Source: Macrostomum lignano
Taxonomy: Eukaryota
NCBI GenBank assembly: GCA_002269645.1
Contig: NIVC01002148.1
Span: 1-44,852 of the forward strand
Reading direction: 5' to 3'
DNA: 44,852 nt
Shown here: piece after piece, positions 12,137 through 22,857 of the stretch
How the letters are laid out: each line of letters opens with the position of its first letter
Numbering within the stretch: the first letter of the stretch is position 1
The notes under the pieces: generated by a model
The model's input: only the letters and a program-made list of their open reading frames with translations
Databases searched by the model: none
What the model was told of the DNA's origin: nothing
Program-made: the position numbers and the translations under genes

Positions 12137-13502
12137 AACTATCTCCTCTAGTCCCGAAATTACGTAAGAAGCCAATATAGTAGACGAAATTTAAAATCAA
12201 TCTAAGACAAAAAACCAAAATACAAAGTAACAAAACACTTGCTTTTTTAGCACTAATACGATTCTGACAGGTCATTCGCACACTTTGTGCTATAATTTAT
12301 CAGGTTGCACCTTTAAAATGCACCTTCTCGTTTCACCTTGTCAGACGTGTTTGCGTGTCAGCCCTGCAGCGTATCATTCAAGGTTTGCTGTTGTAAACCC
12401 GTGCCCTTTGCAGTTTAAGGTGTTTATTTAATTTGAATGTTCCTACACTTAAAATGCACTTTTAAGGCGAAACCGGATATACCGTTAACTATAAAGGTCC
12501 TATTCATATGACTTTAATTTGTTACTCTACTGGGAAATAATTATCAGTAGATTCTTAATAAATATTTATGAATGTAACTCCGACCATTAAATATGTCGAT
12601 TGAACCAATTTAGTTTACACATGGCTTAGTAGCGGATGTAGGATTTTTATTCGATAGGGATGAACAGGGCGCCTACCTATAAAGTACAATTTGGTGCCGA
12701 ACACGTGCTAAAGTGCTTCCAAATCAAGGAATATTTGGTGGGGGGCTGTCAGGCACTTAAGGGCGCTATGAATCTTACTCAAATCGTGTATTGAGTTATT
12801 ATTCAGTTTTTCCCACCAAAATTTCTTCCTAAAAATACTGCTAAATGACACTCACATAAACAATTAGAACAACCTTTAAAACTGCATGGCACTCACAGCT
12901 CTGAGTTCTGGTACTCCTCTGACTGGTTTTGTCGTTTCAACAAGCTTCTTTTTTAATTTATCGGGCACTTTGGTATAAACATTTTAGACTATACTCTCAC
13001 AACAGAAAAGGAAACTACTTACATACTTATAAACTGTTGTTAAAGACGTTATAGTCTTGGAATAATTGCAATTATTGAGAGATTATTGAGCAACTACTAG
13101 AACTGTGAATATTTTTATACTTTTCGTAATTAATGTCTTACTAACTACAATCCTACAAAATAAAAGATCTCCTTTGTGTTTGTATATTTTCTTGCTCAAT
13201 AATTCTTTATATGATACATTTTAACTGGCTTAGCTACCAAGATAACACCTATGCATACATATTTAAGAAGCTTATTCAACAGACACCGAATAGTCACGCA
13301 ACAGCACGAGACTTATCTAACCAACAGGCATAAGTACCCGCCAGAATTATCTGCGTAACTCAGGCCGAAAATTTATTAGACTGACACTCAATCACAATTC
13401 ATATATTATCCTTGTGACCCAACAGCAAACTATTGACAGCACTTTGGCATAACTCGTCAATAGTCTACCCTGGCACACGTGTCAGCCCCACGCTTCACAG
13501 AG

Positions 13503-13871
13503 TGAAAGCCTTGCGCGTTGCTTTACTTATCCATTTTATACAATATTTAAAAACGAATTTAAAAGAAATACCCCGAAATCAAACCTCTTTTTCAAATATT
13601 AAAATGAATTTAAATTGATTAAATAAACTATTCAACTTTTTGACTGATAAACTGAGCAAGGTGGCTGATAACACTGTATGGTTAATTAAAAAGTGATTTA
13701 AAACGACTTAAGACGACTTGAAATGCTTATTTTGCTTTATACTTCCCAATCCCAATCTAACGAAATTAAATCAGTCCTATATAGCTATTCAAAGCCTAGG
13801 AGAAACGGCTATTTAAGAACAAAACACTGTACTACACTTAACACACACAAAAGCAACGCGCAAGACTTTCA
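13503..13871. repeat. 22-bp inverted repeat pair just downstream of the RepHel stop
   Basis: TGAAAGCCTTGCGCGTTGCTTT (13503-13524) vs AAAGCAACGCGCAAGACTTTCA (13850-13871), 1 mismatch; no TSD seen. Confidence 0.75.
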
Positions 13872-13970
13872 TTAAGACCGCAAACACCGTTTTTTCTCAG
13901 AGCCATTGTTTGCTCTATATTATATAGATTCGTGCACATTTTCAGTTAAAAACTGCCAAATACTGCTGGC

Positions 13971-16900
13971 TCATTTCTCGCACAAATCTAATAATCGCTT
14001 CTGTTCATTTACCTGTGCTACAATACCGCCTGTAGAAAATAGGCGCTGAAATCTAACGAAATCGCAACAGGTAACAAACAGATCAGACAAAGCACGAACT
14101 CTACTCACGGCAGTGTAGTACAGACCTGCTGGCGGCGACTTGCGGCCCTTGCCCAGCTGTACAAACGCCTTGTCAATCGTTAGGCCTTGCGACTTGTGAA
14201 TAGTGATTGCCCAGGCTAGCCTCAGCGGAAACTGATGTCTCGACAAGCTGGCGCCTCGCTGAAGCCACTGGCTTGATACTGGTAGAATTGGCACAACAGA
14301 AACTGTCGGTGCACACTCGCTGCTACTACTATTACCATCTTCTCTGGGCAGCCGCATGGCTTGCATTGCCGGGCCATTGTAGCGCTCGAATTCAACCCAA
14401 ACGCAGTCGGGCAAATCATTTGGCGGCTTCTTTCCATTCGCGTAGCAGATGCCACGAACCGTACCAACCGAGCCATTCACCAGGCCATTTTGCACAGATA
14501 GGTTCCGAGTCAACATCACACGTGCTCCAATCGCCAGAAATAGTCGCCTGGCTAGGCCTGTCTCCGATTTCTGCTTGCTACTATCAGCAGCATTGTTGCC
14601 AATCAGCGGTTGCCTTCCAGTACAAGTTGCATTGATTATCCGCACCGGATTGTTATCATCGACAATTTTTCGCAGCTCCTCACAATTGGCATTAGACACA
14701 TCTTCATTTGTGTGGTACAATAGCGTGCATTTGCCATCAACATCTAGCGGTAGCATGTCTGCAGCTGCTACTTGACACTTGTCCATTACAGTCTTCCAAA
14801 TGGCTTCGGTTACTTTGCCTTCGCGAAGAGACTCTAAAATGCTGGCAAACTCTGTGTCATTTGCTTGACGCACCTGCTTGTTTAGATAAACAACCGTTTT
14901 GAAACTCTGATACACTTGATAGCCAATCGGTGTCAAATTATCTTTGGCATTCTTGTTAAACACGTACAGCTGTTTGTCTTGCACGGGAGGCAGCTGAAAC
15001 ACATCGCCAACCAAAATGATTGACCGTCCGCCGAAATATCCTTCTTCAAGCGTGTCTCGCTTCTCCTCAGGAAACAGTTCGCACAGACGGTTGTGCACCT
15101 TTGCCAGTGTCCTTTGGCCAACCATGCTAAACTCGTCAATGATTATGTAGCGCACGTTTGACCATACCGATTGCATGTCTGACAATGCCTTGCTGCTGCC
15201 CGAAGTCGTTGAACCGTCAGCATTAGTAGTACACGCCGTAGTCGAAAACTTTACGTTCAACTTCAACGCTGAATGCAGTGTCTCGCCAGCAATGTTGAAC
15301 GCAGCCACACCAGTCGGTGCCATTACTTTGCACTTGTCCTCGCCAATCAATTTTCGTAGTGCAGCAATCAGAAAACTCTTGCCTGTTCCAGCGCTGCCAT
15401 ACAAAATTACTCGCAGTGGTGGAGGCATCTTTCCCGACTCAGTACTATTGTTAGTCGTGTCACTTTCGGCCAGCCGTTCAAGCTTCAATTGATTGTCAAT
15501 CATGTCGTAGAGCTTCCGCTGTCTCTCATTAAGCAGTGAAACGTCAATCGTTTGACGATTAGCGCCTGCACCATCTTCGATGGTAATTCCAGCTACACGT
15601 CTAACAGGCTTAGTCAGTTCGGTCATTAAAAACTGCTTTGCCTCTGCCAGACTCGGAAATTGCCAATCTGAAGCAGCACTCCAATCGAAACCTTCTGGCG
15701 CAACTGGCAGAGTGTCTTCCGGATTCTTGTTGACATTCAGCTGAATGTCCGCATGCTTTGCACCCAGTGCTGCCATCCAATCCTCTTGCTGACGCTCCGG
15801 ATAAGCTGGACCAGCAACTGATTCGGCATTCGCGGCAGTCATGTCTGGCAAATCGGCGACTGCTTCGCGTTCCTCCTCGTCGGCTTCATCGTTGCGCAGG
15901 TCGTCCAAATCGCGCACAACCAGCTGACACGCTTCCGTTTGCATCATCGCCTCGTAGGCCTCGCGCCAGCTTGCATGCGATCCCTTTGCTTGCTCTTCGG
16001 TTCGCCAACAGCTCCACAGTAGTACCTGCTGCCGATAGTATTGTTCGCGCCGTTTATCGTCGCTTTCTGTTGAGCGCAAAAACGGACTCACAATCAAAAC
16101 TGCTTCCTTGCCCGCTAGTCGCTTCTTGTAGACGGCAACTTGTTCACCACCGCGTCTTTGTTGACGCATCGGCGGAATATAGTCCGAAAAGAATCGATAC
16201 ATTGTCTCATTCTCCAATTGTGCCGGCCGATTTGCGTACTTTTCAATACTATTCTTGCAAACGCCTCGACTCTCAATCGCTCTAGTCTCGCCAGTTTGAA
16301 CGTAGACAAACTCTCGCGACGCCTTGTACATCGGTGTCTGTAATACCAGATGCATAGCCTCTTGTGCTGAATAGTCGCGCGCTCCAACTTGCATCATCAA
16401 GTGCTGCTGAACAATGCGACGTGCAGTATTTGTTCGACTATACTCGTCATGCTGCTGCTGATTATTATCATTTTCTGCTGCATTATCAATGTCCACTGAC
16501 TCCTGCTGCTGCTCCATAGAAAGATAGCGACGATTCAACTCTTGCAACTGCTCCGATTCCTTCTCTCCTTTGCTTGCATACTTGATCAAATAGCGAATCA
16601 AATCTTTGGCCGAAGAAATCATCTGAATGTCTAGGTTAGCTCTCCACATGCACAGTACTTGAGGATTGTACATGCCAATATATTGGTCGTTGCGCTGCGT
16701 CTCAACCTTCCAGTTTAAACTTGACAGCTTTTTGGCGACAGTCTTTGTCTGCAAATCTCGCGGATATTTGTATCGACACTTCATAGAGCCGTTCTTTTCC
16801 TTTCGTAGGCAGCGATTACTGCACCTTGAGTGCCTCATGTTGTTGTGAAGAAGTGCTTGCAAATCGGCTTTATCGTCCTTAATTTCGGACGGCTTCAATC

Positions 16901-19900
16901 GAGCCGGCTGCGCTCCTACTCCGCCGGACAAAATTTCGCGACCGCTATCTGATTCGTCCATGCACGTGTTCCAACTGCAAATGTACTTGTCCACAAAGGC
17001 AACCAAATCTTCTGCTTGCAAGGATTCCGAAGTCACATCCACTCCGTCCGGCATCCAAACGCAGCCATGAACATGCGGGCTTCCTCGACTCTGATACTCG
17101 ATACGAAACCAAAAGTCCTTTACTTTCCAGTGTTCAACAAAAAATTTCTGCAAAAACAATTCAAAACGAATCCAAAACACAGTATCCGCCATGCCAGGAT
17201 CTTTTTGCAGTCTGGAAAGCAACTCTTGCTTGATTTCTTGCCAATTATCATTGTCGACGTCTTCTTCGATTTGCCAAACTTGCAACAACTCTGGCCACTG
17301 AATATCCGCCGCGGATAACGTCACAAAATAGTGCGGCAAACCAATTGTTTTAATCATTGCTTCCAACTGTCTACGCTTGCTTTGCCAATAGCTGGCTGTT
17401 CCACGCAACTCTGACGCTCTGGCTGACACGCTGGACATCACTGCTGGATCTTTCAGCTTCTCCAGCATCTCTGGCGCACTTAAGCCAGCCAAATTCTTGT
17501 CGTGCACAAATACTCGTCCAACTTCCAATGCTCTCCATCGCATCACCATGTTCTCAATGAAAAAGCGAAAGCGAGGATCGCAACGAAATCTCGGGCAGTG
17601 AAACTGCATCAAGTGCTTCGCATAGTCGCCCAGGCCTATCGAACGCACTCGCGGAGTCTTGTAGTCGCCTTTGCCGTCAGGAAATAGGTGAGGATAGGCC
17701 AGACTAAACAAGCCTTCTTGTTCGAATTCATTCACCGGTACTCGGCTCGATCTTGGCCATTGCAATTTCTCTTCTAGCAAACGATCGCGAATCTTTACTT
17801 CCAAACGACGCAATGGCGTATTCAGCAAAGCGCTTGTCGTCTCTTCCAACTGAGCTTCTTCCATTTGTTGCCTTTGCTCATCTTCTTCTGGCTGCCTGGC
17901 TTCCTCTTCCGCCGCATCCAGATCAACATTGACATCTTGAGTGTCCATTTGATTAACCATTTCATTGATTTGCTGCGCATATCCATTCTCTGGCAACGAA
18001 TTCAACGCTTCGCGATCAATACCGACAGAAAATCGTTGAAAATATTGATTATTATTAATCAGATACCTGATTGCATTCAACACCTTGTCGCGTCTCACTC
18101 GCAGATTGTTCATCGCTCCCGTAACTGTACTGCCAGGATTGTTTTGCAGCTTTTTGTCATACATCAGCACCACAGGTAGAGTTCGTCTCGGCAATTCTCT
18201 CACAACGCTTGCCTGATCCTGCGGAAACATGATTCCATGCCCTCTCGAAGCATGCTGGCCTTGCGGAAACAACCGATAAACTACAATAACAGACAATATC
18301 GGCGAAATCAACATTTGCTCCGCAACAGACAAATCGCGTAGTTCTTCCGGCTGCTCACACATTGGATTGGCATTATTTTCGTCACTAAACAGCTTGGGTT
18401 TCGAATTATCTTTGACACATCGTTGGCATGATGCATCACTTTGTCGTTGAAAATAAACGCACGGAAATCTTTCTTTGCACACCAAGCATCGCTTTAAATT
18501 ACTCAGCCTTGAAGTACATTCTTGAAAAAATTCATTCCGCATCTTCTTGTACTGTTTAGTAAATGGATTGCGAAGACATTGCGGCAAACTGATATTGCTA
18601 GCGTTTTGCTCTTCAAAATCAGAATTGGGTTCCTCTTCCGCAACGTGCTGGATTTCTGGCACTTCGGACTCAATTTCAACTCGTGGCTGCTGCTGCTGCT
18701 GCTCAATGTGCGCCTTCTTCCTAGGCGAAGAACGACCCTCTTCAAGGTTGTCCGGTTTACGCCTGCATTTTGTCGGCGATGCTTCTAAACCAGTATCTGG
18801 TATGGACTGCTCATTACTGGCCTTTTTTCTTGGTGAACTTCGACTCTCACTTTGAACATTTTGTCCTTCTCTTTGTCGAGTCTTGGTCTTTGTCGGTCGC
18901 TGATGATCTTTGCTCTCTTCCAGAGCTACACTAGCCAATTCGACTTCTTCCTCTTCTGCAATGCAACTCACTTTGTCAGACTCTGCAGCCGCTCCAATGC
19001 TGCTTAAATTCGATGTACCAACTGAAGAAGCGTCATCACCTTCTTCCATACGCCTTTTCTTGGCTAATAATCGCTCGCTTCGACGCGTTGGACTGCCAGG
19101 CTTGACAACTCGCTTTCGGCGTCGAACTACACTTGAAGCGCAACTGTCAGAAGCTTCTGCTGACGACAATACAGACGCATTGCTGCTGCTGCACGCTTTC
19201 GCGCTTAAACGACTGCTACGTCGCGTAGGACAACTCGGAACGCTTCGATTTCGACGACTCCGCCGCGAAACACTCGACGAAACCTTGCTGGTTGAATCAT
19301 CACCGCTACACACAGAGAGAGTTGGCTCCTCCTCGTCCGCATCTAGGTCGACATTCCATAGTACATTGAACCGATTCTCGTCGACTCTAATGCTAAATTT
19401 GTTGTCCACATCAGTCGCAGCCGCACCTGGAACCCTCTTGCATGCTCGTCGGTTACATTTCACTTCTTTCCATTCTTGCACTTTCTGCGCAACACTCTGC
19501 ATCGGAATCGCAGGAGGCGGCGGCGGCGGCGGCATCATCTTGGCTGCGCCATCATCCACAGCGGCTAGATGAGACGATTGACGCACATGTACCGACTGGT
19601 AATGCTCACCTTGCCGATTGAAATGCAATCGAACTGTTGCTCGCGGTTCCACGCCAACTGGGCCTAAGTAAATTCCTTCGAGATTCGAACCAGCGCCCAT
19701 GTCCTGGTACACATAGATCTCGATGCCAAGCAGTCTAGCTGCTGCTGAAGCCACGTGGTCAGAAACATATTCGCCTTTTCGTTTGGTCTTTTCCAGCAAA
19801 TCGCGCCACTCTGCTTCAGAAATGCCAGTGTCGTTCTCTGCGCTGTCGATCCAATTCTCCAACTCAACTGCCAGCGTTTGTCGAAGATTATCTGCGTTCA

Positions 19901-20093
19901 TTTCCAAAGCTGTGCCTTGCAATTGATCCGACAGAGCCGAAAAGAAGCAGTTTCCATCACCTGGGATGCGCTTCAACCAGCAGGCAGACAAAGGCATCCA
20001 TTGTGGGGCACGGCCAACTTGTAGCGTCGCCAGACTCCCTCGGTCCTCCGTGTCATCTTCCAAAGTCGCGACACCTTTGAAGTTAAAAGACAT
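13971..20093 (-). CDS. Helitron-like (Helentron/Helitron2 clade) Rep-helicase with N-terminal OTU protease, 2040 aa, intact
   Basis: OTU: IPGDGNCFFSAL...EHYQSV. Zn finger CLVC...CQRC. HUH Rep: YFVTLSAAD, EYQSRGSPHVH, YLIKYASK. PIF1/SF1B helicase: GSAGTGKS, IIDEFSMV, GDVFQLPPV, GARVMLTRN, QFPLRLAWAITIHKSQG, YTAVSRV. No AP endonuclease after the helicase. Confidence 0.95.
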   Translation of the reverse strand: MSFNFKGVATLEDDTEDRGSLATLQVGRAPQWMPLSACWLKRIPGDGNCFFSALSDQLQGTALEMNADNLRQTLAVELENWIDSAENDTGISEAEWRDLLEKTKRKGEYVSDHVASAAARLLGIEIYVYQDMGAGSNLEGIYLGPVGVEPRATVRLHFNRQGEHYQSVHVRQSSHLAAVDDGAAKMMPPPPPPPAIPMQSVAQKVQEWKEVKCNRRACKRVPGAAATDVDNKFSIRVDENRFNVLWNVDLDADEEEPTLSVCSGDDSTSKVSSSVSRRSRRNRSVPSCPTRRSSRLSAKACSSSNASVLSSAEASDSCASSVVRRRKRVVKPGSPTRRSERLLAKKRRMEEGDDASSVGTSNLSSIGAAAESDKVSCIAEEEEVELASVALEESKDHQRPTKTKTRQREGQNVQSESRSSPRKKASNEQSIPDTGLEASPTKCRRKPDNLEEGRSSPRKKAHIEQQQQQPRVEIESEVPEIQHVAEEEPNSDFEEQNASNISLPQCLRNPFTKQYKKMRNEFFQECTSRLSNLKRCLVCKERFPCVYFQRQSDASCQRCVKDNSKPKLFSDENNANPMCEQPEELRDLSVAEQMLISPILSVIVVYRLFPQGQHASRGHGIMFPQDQASVVRELPRRTLPVVLMYDKKLQNNPGSTVTGAMNNLRVRRDKVLNAIRYLINNNQYFQRFSVGIDREALNSLPENGYAQQINEMVNQMDTQDVNVDLDAAEEEARQPEEDEQRQQMEEAQLEETTSALLNTPLRRLEVKIRDRLLEEKLQWPRSSRVPVNEFEQEGLFSLAYPHLFPDGKGDYKTPRVRSIGLGDYAKHLMQFHCPRFRCDPRFRFFIENMVMRWRALEVGRVFVHDKNLAGLSAPEMLEKLKDPAVMSSVSARASELRGTASYWQSKRRQLEAMIKTIGLPHYFVTLSAADIQWPELLQVWQIEEDVDNDNWQEIKQELLSRLQKDPGMADTVFWIRFELFLQKFFVEHWKVKDFWFRIEYQSRGSPHVHGCVWMPDGVDVTSESLQAEDLVAFVDKYICSWNTCMDESDSGREILSGGVGAQPARLKPSEIKDDKADLQALLHNNMRHSRCSNRCLRKEKNGSMKCRYKYPRDLQTKTVAKKLSSLNWKVETQRNDQYIGMYNPQVLCMWRANLDIQMISSAKDLIRYLIKYASKGEKESEQLQELNRRYLSMEQQQESVDIDNAAENDNNQQQHDEYSRTNTARRIVQQHLMMQVGARDYSAQEAMHLVLQTPMYKASREFVYVQTGETRAIESRGVCKNSIEKYANRPAQLENETMYRFFSDYIPPMRQQRRGGEQVAVYKKRLAGKEAVLIVSPFLRSTESDDKRREQYYRQQVLLWSCWRTEEQAKGSHASWREAYEAMMQTEACQLVVRDLDDLRNDEADEEEREAVADLPDMTAANAESVAGPAYPERQQEDWMAALGAKHADIQLNVNKNPEDTLPVAPEGFDWSAASDWQFPSLAEAKQFLMTELTKPVRRVAGITIEDGAGANRQTIDVSLLNERQRKLYDMIDNQLKLERLAESDTTNNSTESGKMPPPLRVILYGSAGTGKSFLIAALRKLIGEDKCKVMAPTGVAAFNIAGETLHSALKLNVKFSTTACTTNADGSTTSGSSKALSDMQSVWSNVRYIIIDEFSMVGQRTLAKVHNRLCELFPEEKRDTLEEGYFGGRSIILVGDVFQLPPVQDKQLYVFNKNAKDNLTPIGYQVYQSFKTVVYLNKQVRQANDTEFASILESLREGKVTEAIWKTVMDKCQVAAADMLPLDVDGKCTLLYHTNEDVSNANCEELRKIVDDNNPVRIINATCTGRQPLIGNNAADSSKQKSETGLARRLFLAIGARVMLTRNLSVQNGLVNGSVGTVRGICYANGKKPPNDLPDCVWVEFERYNGPAMQAMRLPREDGNSSSSECAPTVSVVPILPVSSQWLQRGASLSRHQFPLRLAWAITIHKSQGLTIDKAFVQLGKGRKSPPAGLYYTAVSRVRALSDLFVTCCDFVRFQRLFSTGGIVAQVNEQKRLLDLCEK

Positions 20094-20469
20094 GTACTTT
20101 CTGTAATCAAGAATTGGATCAGCTTACCTTGGTCTGACTTTACAGCACTATAGTGCTAGTGCTTTACAACCCTCCAACAACTGATATCTGCAATTTCTGA
20201 CCCAGCCGCGATATGTCTGGATCAAGTCACCAGCACACTTGCCTAGAAGCGCTCTTGACCGTGCTCAAGGCCGTCTTTAGTTCGTATAATTGCATCGATC
20301 GATCGATCTAAACCATTTAAGCAACATTTTAAGTGACTACCGAAAACTTTACTTCGAAAACTCAAGCTATTAAACTTAATTTTCCATAAAAACCCACCCA
20401 ACCAGCAAAAAGTCCTCTAACACGATTGGTTCGAAAATGGCGCTGTAAATGTTGATGAATGAATATTCC

Positions 20470-21367
20470 TTAACGAACGAACCATAATCCTTCATAATCG
20501 CTACTCCCCAAAAATTCTTGAAGCTGAACTGCAAAAAAACAACGTCAGTCAAACCAAATAAAGGACATCACAATACTACATTGACAAAATGCAAAGTAGC
20601 ATTTGTGGAATTTCTCTATTGAGAAATCTGATATATGACCAAACAAAAACTGTGTCCTAGAAAATCTTGGATACCAATAGTGTCACTTGTAGATCCTATA
20701 AGCTTTCTTTAAATTTCAAAATCTTGATTTTAAAAAACTATTCCACCCGTAATAGACAGTAAGCTAAGACAGGCCTTACCGTCAGTGTGGCAAAAACCTG
20801 CTTCTCTAAGTGCAGCAGCAGCTTCGTCCAATTCAGCTTGTTGTCTTGTTAGTTCATCCGTAGTAGACACGACAACAGGAATTGGGCAGTCTGAAGCACA
20901 TTAAGGCGAGTATACTAAGTTATTAACTTATAATTCAAGCATATAGATTGCAATAGCATTCTAAACTTTATCATCCATAGTTTTATTAAATCTGAATCCA
21001 ACTATTCAAGTTCAGTTGCAACCTATTTGTCTGTGAAAATTGGCAATGGCAAGGAGTAACACTTACCGCGAGTGTCGTCACACAATCCACACTCCTGTAA
21101 GGCAGCAGCAGCATTGCCCAATTCGCAGTCCACAATCGCATCTCTTTTAACAACTTCCTTATCTTCACCAGCAGCAGCAGCAACCATGAAATTCTTAACT
21201 TCCGTTGCAACAGTAGCGACACCAGGAGTGCTTATTTCGGGCTCGGGAGCAGCAACGACAGGTTCGCCTGTCTTGCAATCAATAGCGGCGGCAGGCTTCT
21301 TTTTAGACTCGAATGGACGCCCAAAGGTAACGCGCTTAGGCTTCCTTCCAGTTTTTTTCGGCGCCAT
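20470..21367 (-). CDS. Predicted 3-exon gene, 156 aa, unknown function, upstream of and co-oriented with RepHel
   Basis: Exons 21367-21067, 20890-20780, 20528-20470; donors GTAAGT and GTAAGG, acceptors TTCAG and TTTTTTTGCAG; both introns phase 1 and frame preserved. Starts MAPKKTGRKPKR; exons 1 and 2 end in the same motif EL..AAAAL.E.G.C....G. Confidence 0.6.
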
Positions 21368-22338
21368 ACTCCTTAATAATTGTTGAAAGTGTTGAAATTA
21401 AATGTTGCTAATTCATTTTATTAACTAAAATTTTTCTTCTTGATTCTAAAACTGTAAATTGTGAATCTAATTTGCACTATTCATTGCATTGCATAAATAT
21501 CTCTAAAATTCCAGTCATGTGTGCTAAAATCCAGAAAAAGATATTGATAAAAAATAAAATCAGCCAAACTCTAATAAAGACCAATAAATAATTTTAACAA
21601 TTGTACTTTTTAGAGTAAAGCCTAGTAGCATTCGAAATTGTACAAAACAAAAGAGCATCAAAAATATATTTTAACCCTAAGTTAAACAGATAGTTCAAAT
21701 AGTTTTCTTAAAATTTGTAAAATAAATCTAGTCACAAAATGGTATCCATAAATTTTTTCTAGGCAATAAAACTCACTAAGTTATGATACTATTCTACATC
21801 TAAAAAATTCCCAGAATCTCAGAAATATACAGTCAAAGATATAAAAAATACAATAGACAATAAAGCATTTTCTGTATCATAGATGGTGTACAAAAAAAAT
21901 AATAGCACAAGAGAAAATGAAAGTTGCAACTGTATACCTAAGTAACTTATAAAGGTAACAATTAATTTTTTTAAAATGGATAGCAAAAATAGCAGATAGC
22001 TAGATGTGTCTTGCAAATTGCAAAGGTACAAATTGTCTCTTTATCTAGGCACTAGAGATTTTGTAACAAAAATATTTAATGCAAACACATTATTATAATT
22101 TAATATATTAATGACAATAGCTTCACAAAAAATAGCTAATTACATATTCCTAGTGCATCTATATGCACTATACAAAGACAAAGAGTTCTTCGAAGAGGGA
22201 CAAAGAGTTTAATAGCTTAGCTATTTAGAAAATGTATTTTTTAAATATTTATAAACATATAAATAGGTAGACATTGTCTTTTCAGTTTAAATTTAATGCC
22301 TTCCTTCCAGGTCTTTTCAGCGGCATACTCCTTAATAA

Positions 22339-22857
22339 TTGTTGAAAGTGGACACAACCAGCCGCGACACTACTACTACTACTAATACTACTAAGGAGTG
22401 CCAGCATCTTCAGCTGGCCTATTCTAATCTGCTTCGCAACCTGGCTGAGCGGTTGCTGCTCAACAGCTTTTAGACTGACAGTCAGGCCTGCTGCAGACTC
22501 TTGGAGCTGCGCCGGCGCCAGCTCGAGGCAGCCAATTCCTGCCACGTTGGTGAGCCAGAATTCCACTGGAATCAGCCATGGATTGCCGAGCCGCTAGACA
22601 ATAAACTCTGCCTGAAGAATTTGGTAGCCTACCTGTGCAGTGGGGAATCTGAGCCTTATGAATTTCAGTTTGGCACAAAAACTGCTAGCAAATTTGCTAT
22701 TGCCAACGCTGACAGGTCAGGCAGGCAGGCGTGCATTGTTGTGCGCAAACTGAGATCTGCGTACAACAAAACTATCCGATGATACTATGCGGATTTAGCC
22801 AAATTTGGCCGACTGACTGACTGCCTGGATAGGCTGAGCAGCTACAGCCCTCACTGA
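22339..22857 (+). pseudogene. GC-rich protein-like frame (about 170 codons) with two in-frame stops; possible captured host-gene fragment
   Basis: One frame reads ...KECQHLQLAYSNLLRNLAERLLLNSF*TDSQACCRLLELRRRQLE...AYNKTIR*YYADLAKFGRLTDCLDRL; GC island in AT-rich flanks. Family not recognised. Confidence 0.35.

Noticed and set aside
12140-13970. AP endonuclease exon or 3' terminus of the autonomous Helitron-like element
   Set aside because: No endonuclease motifs or long frame seen; no hairpin/subTIR pair matching 23000-24350 or the non-autonomous ends could be identified by eye, so termini and the autonomous/non-autonomous pairing remain unresolved.
14207-20024. Many plus-strand and alternate-frame ORFs overlapping RepHel
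   Set aside because: Shadow frames of a long GC-balanced CDS; no recognisable motifs.
21365-21380. Shine-Dalgarno-like TAAGGAG before ATG (also 22324-22340)
   Set aside because: Spacing to ATG is only 1 nt and the gene is spliced; a splice acceptor reading fits better.
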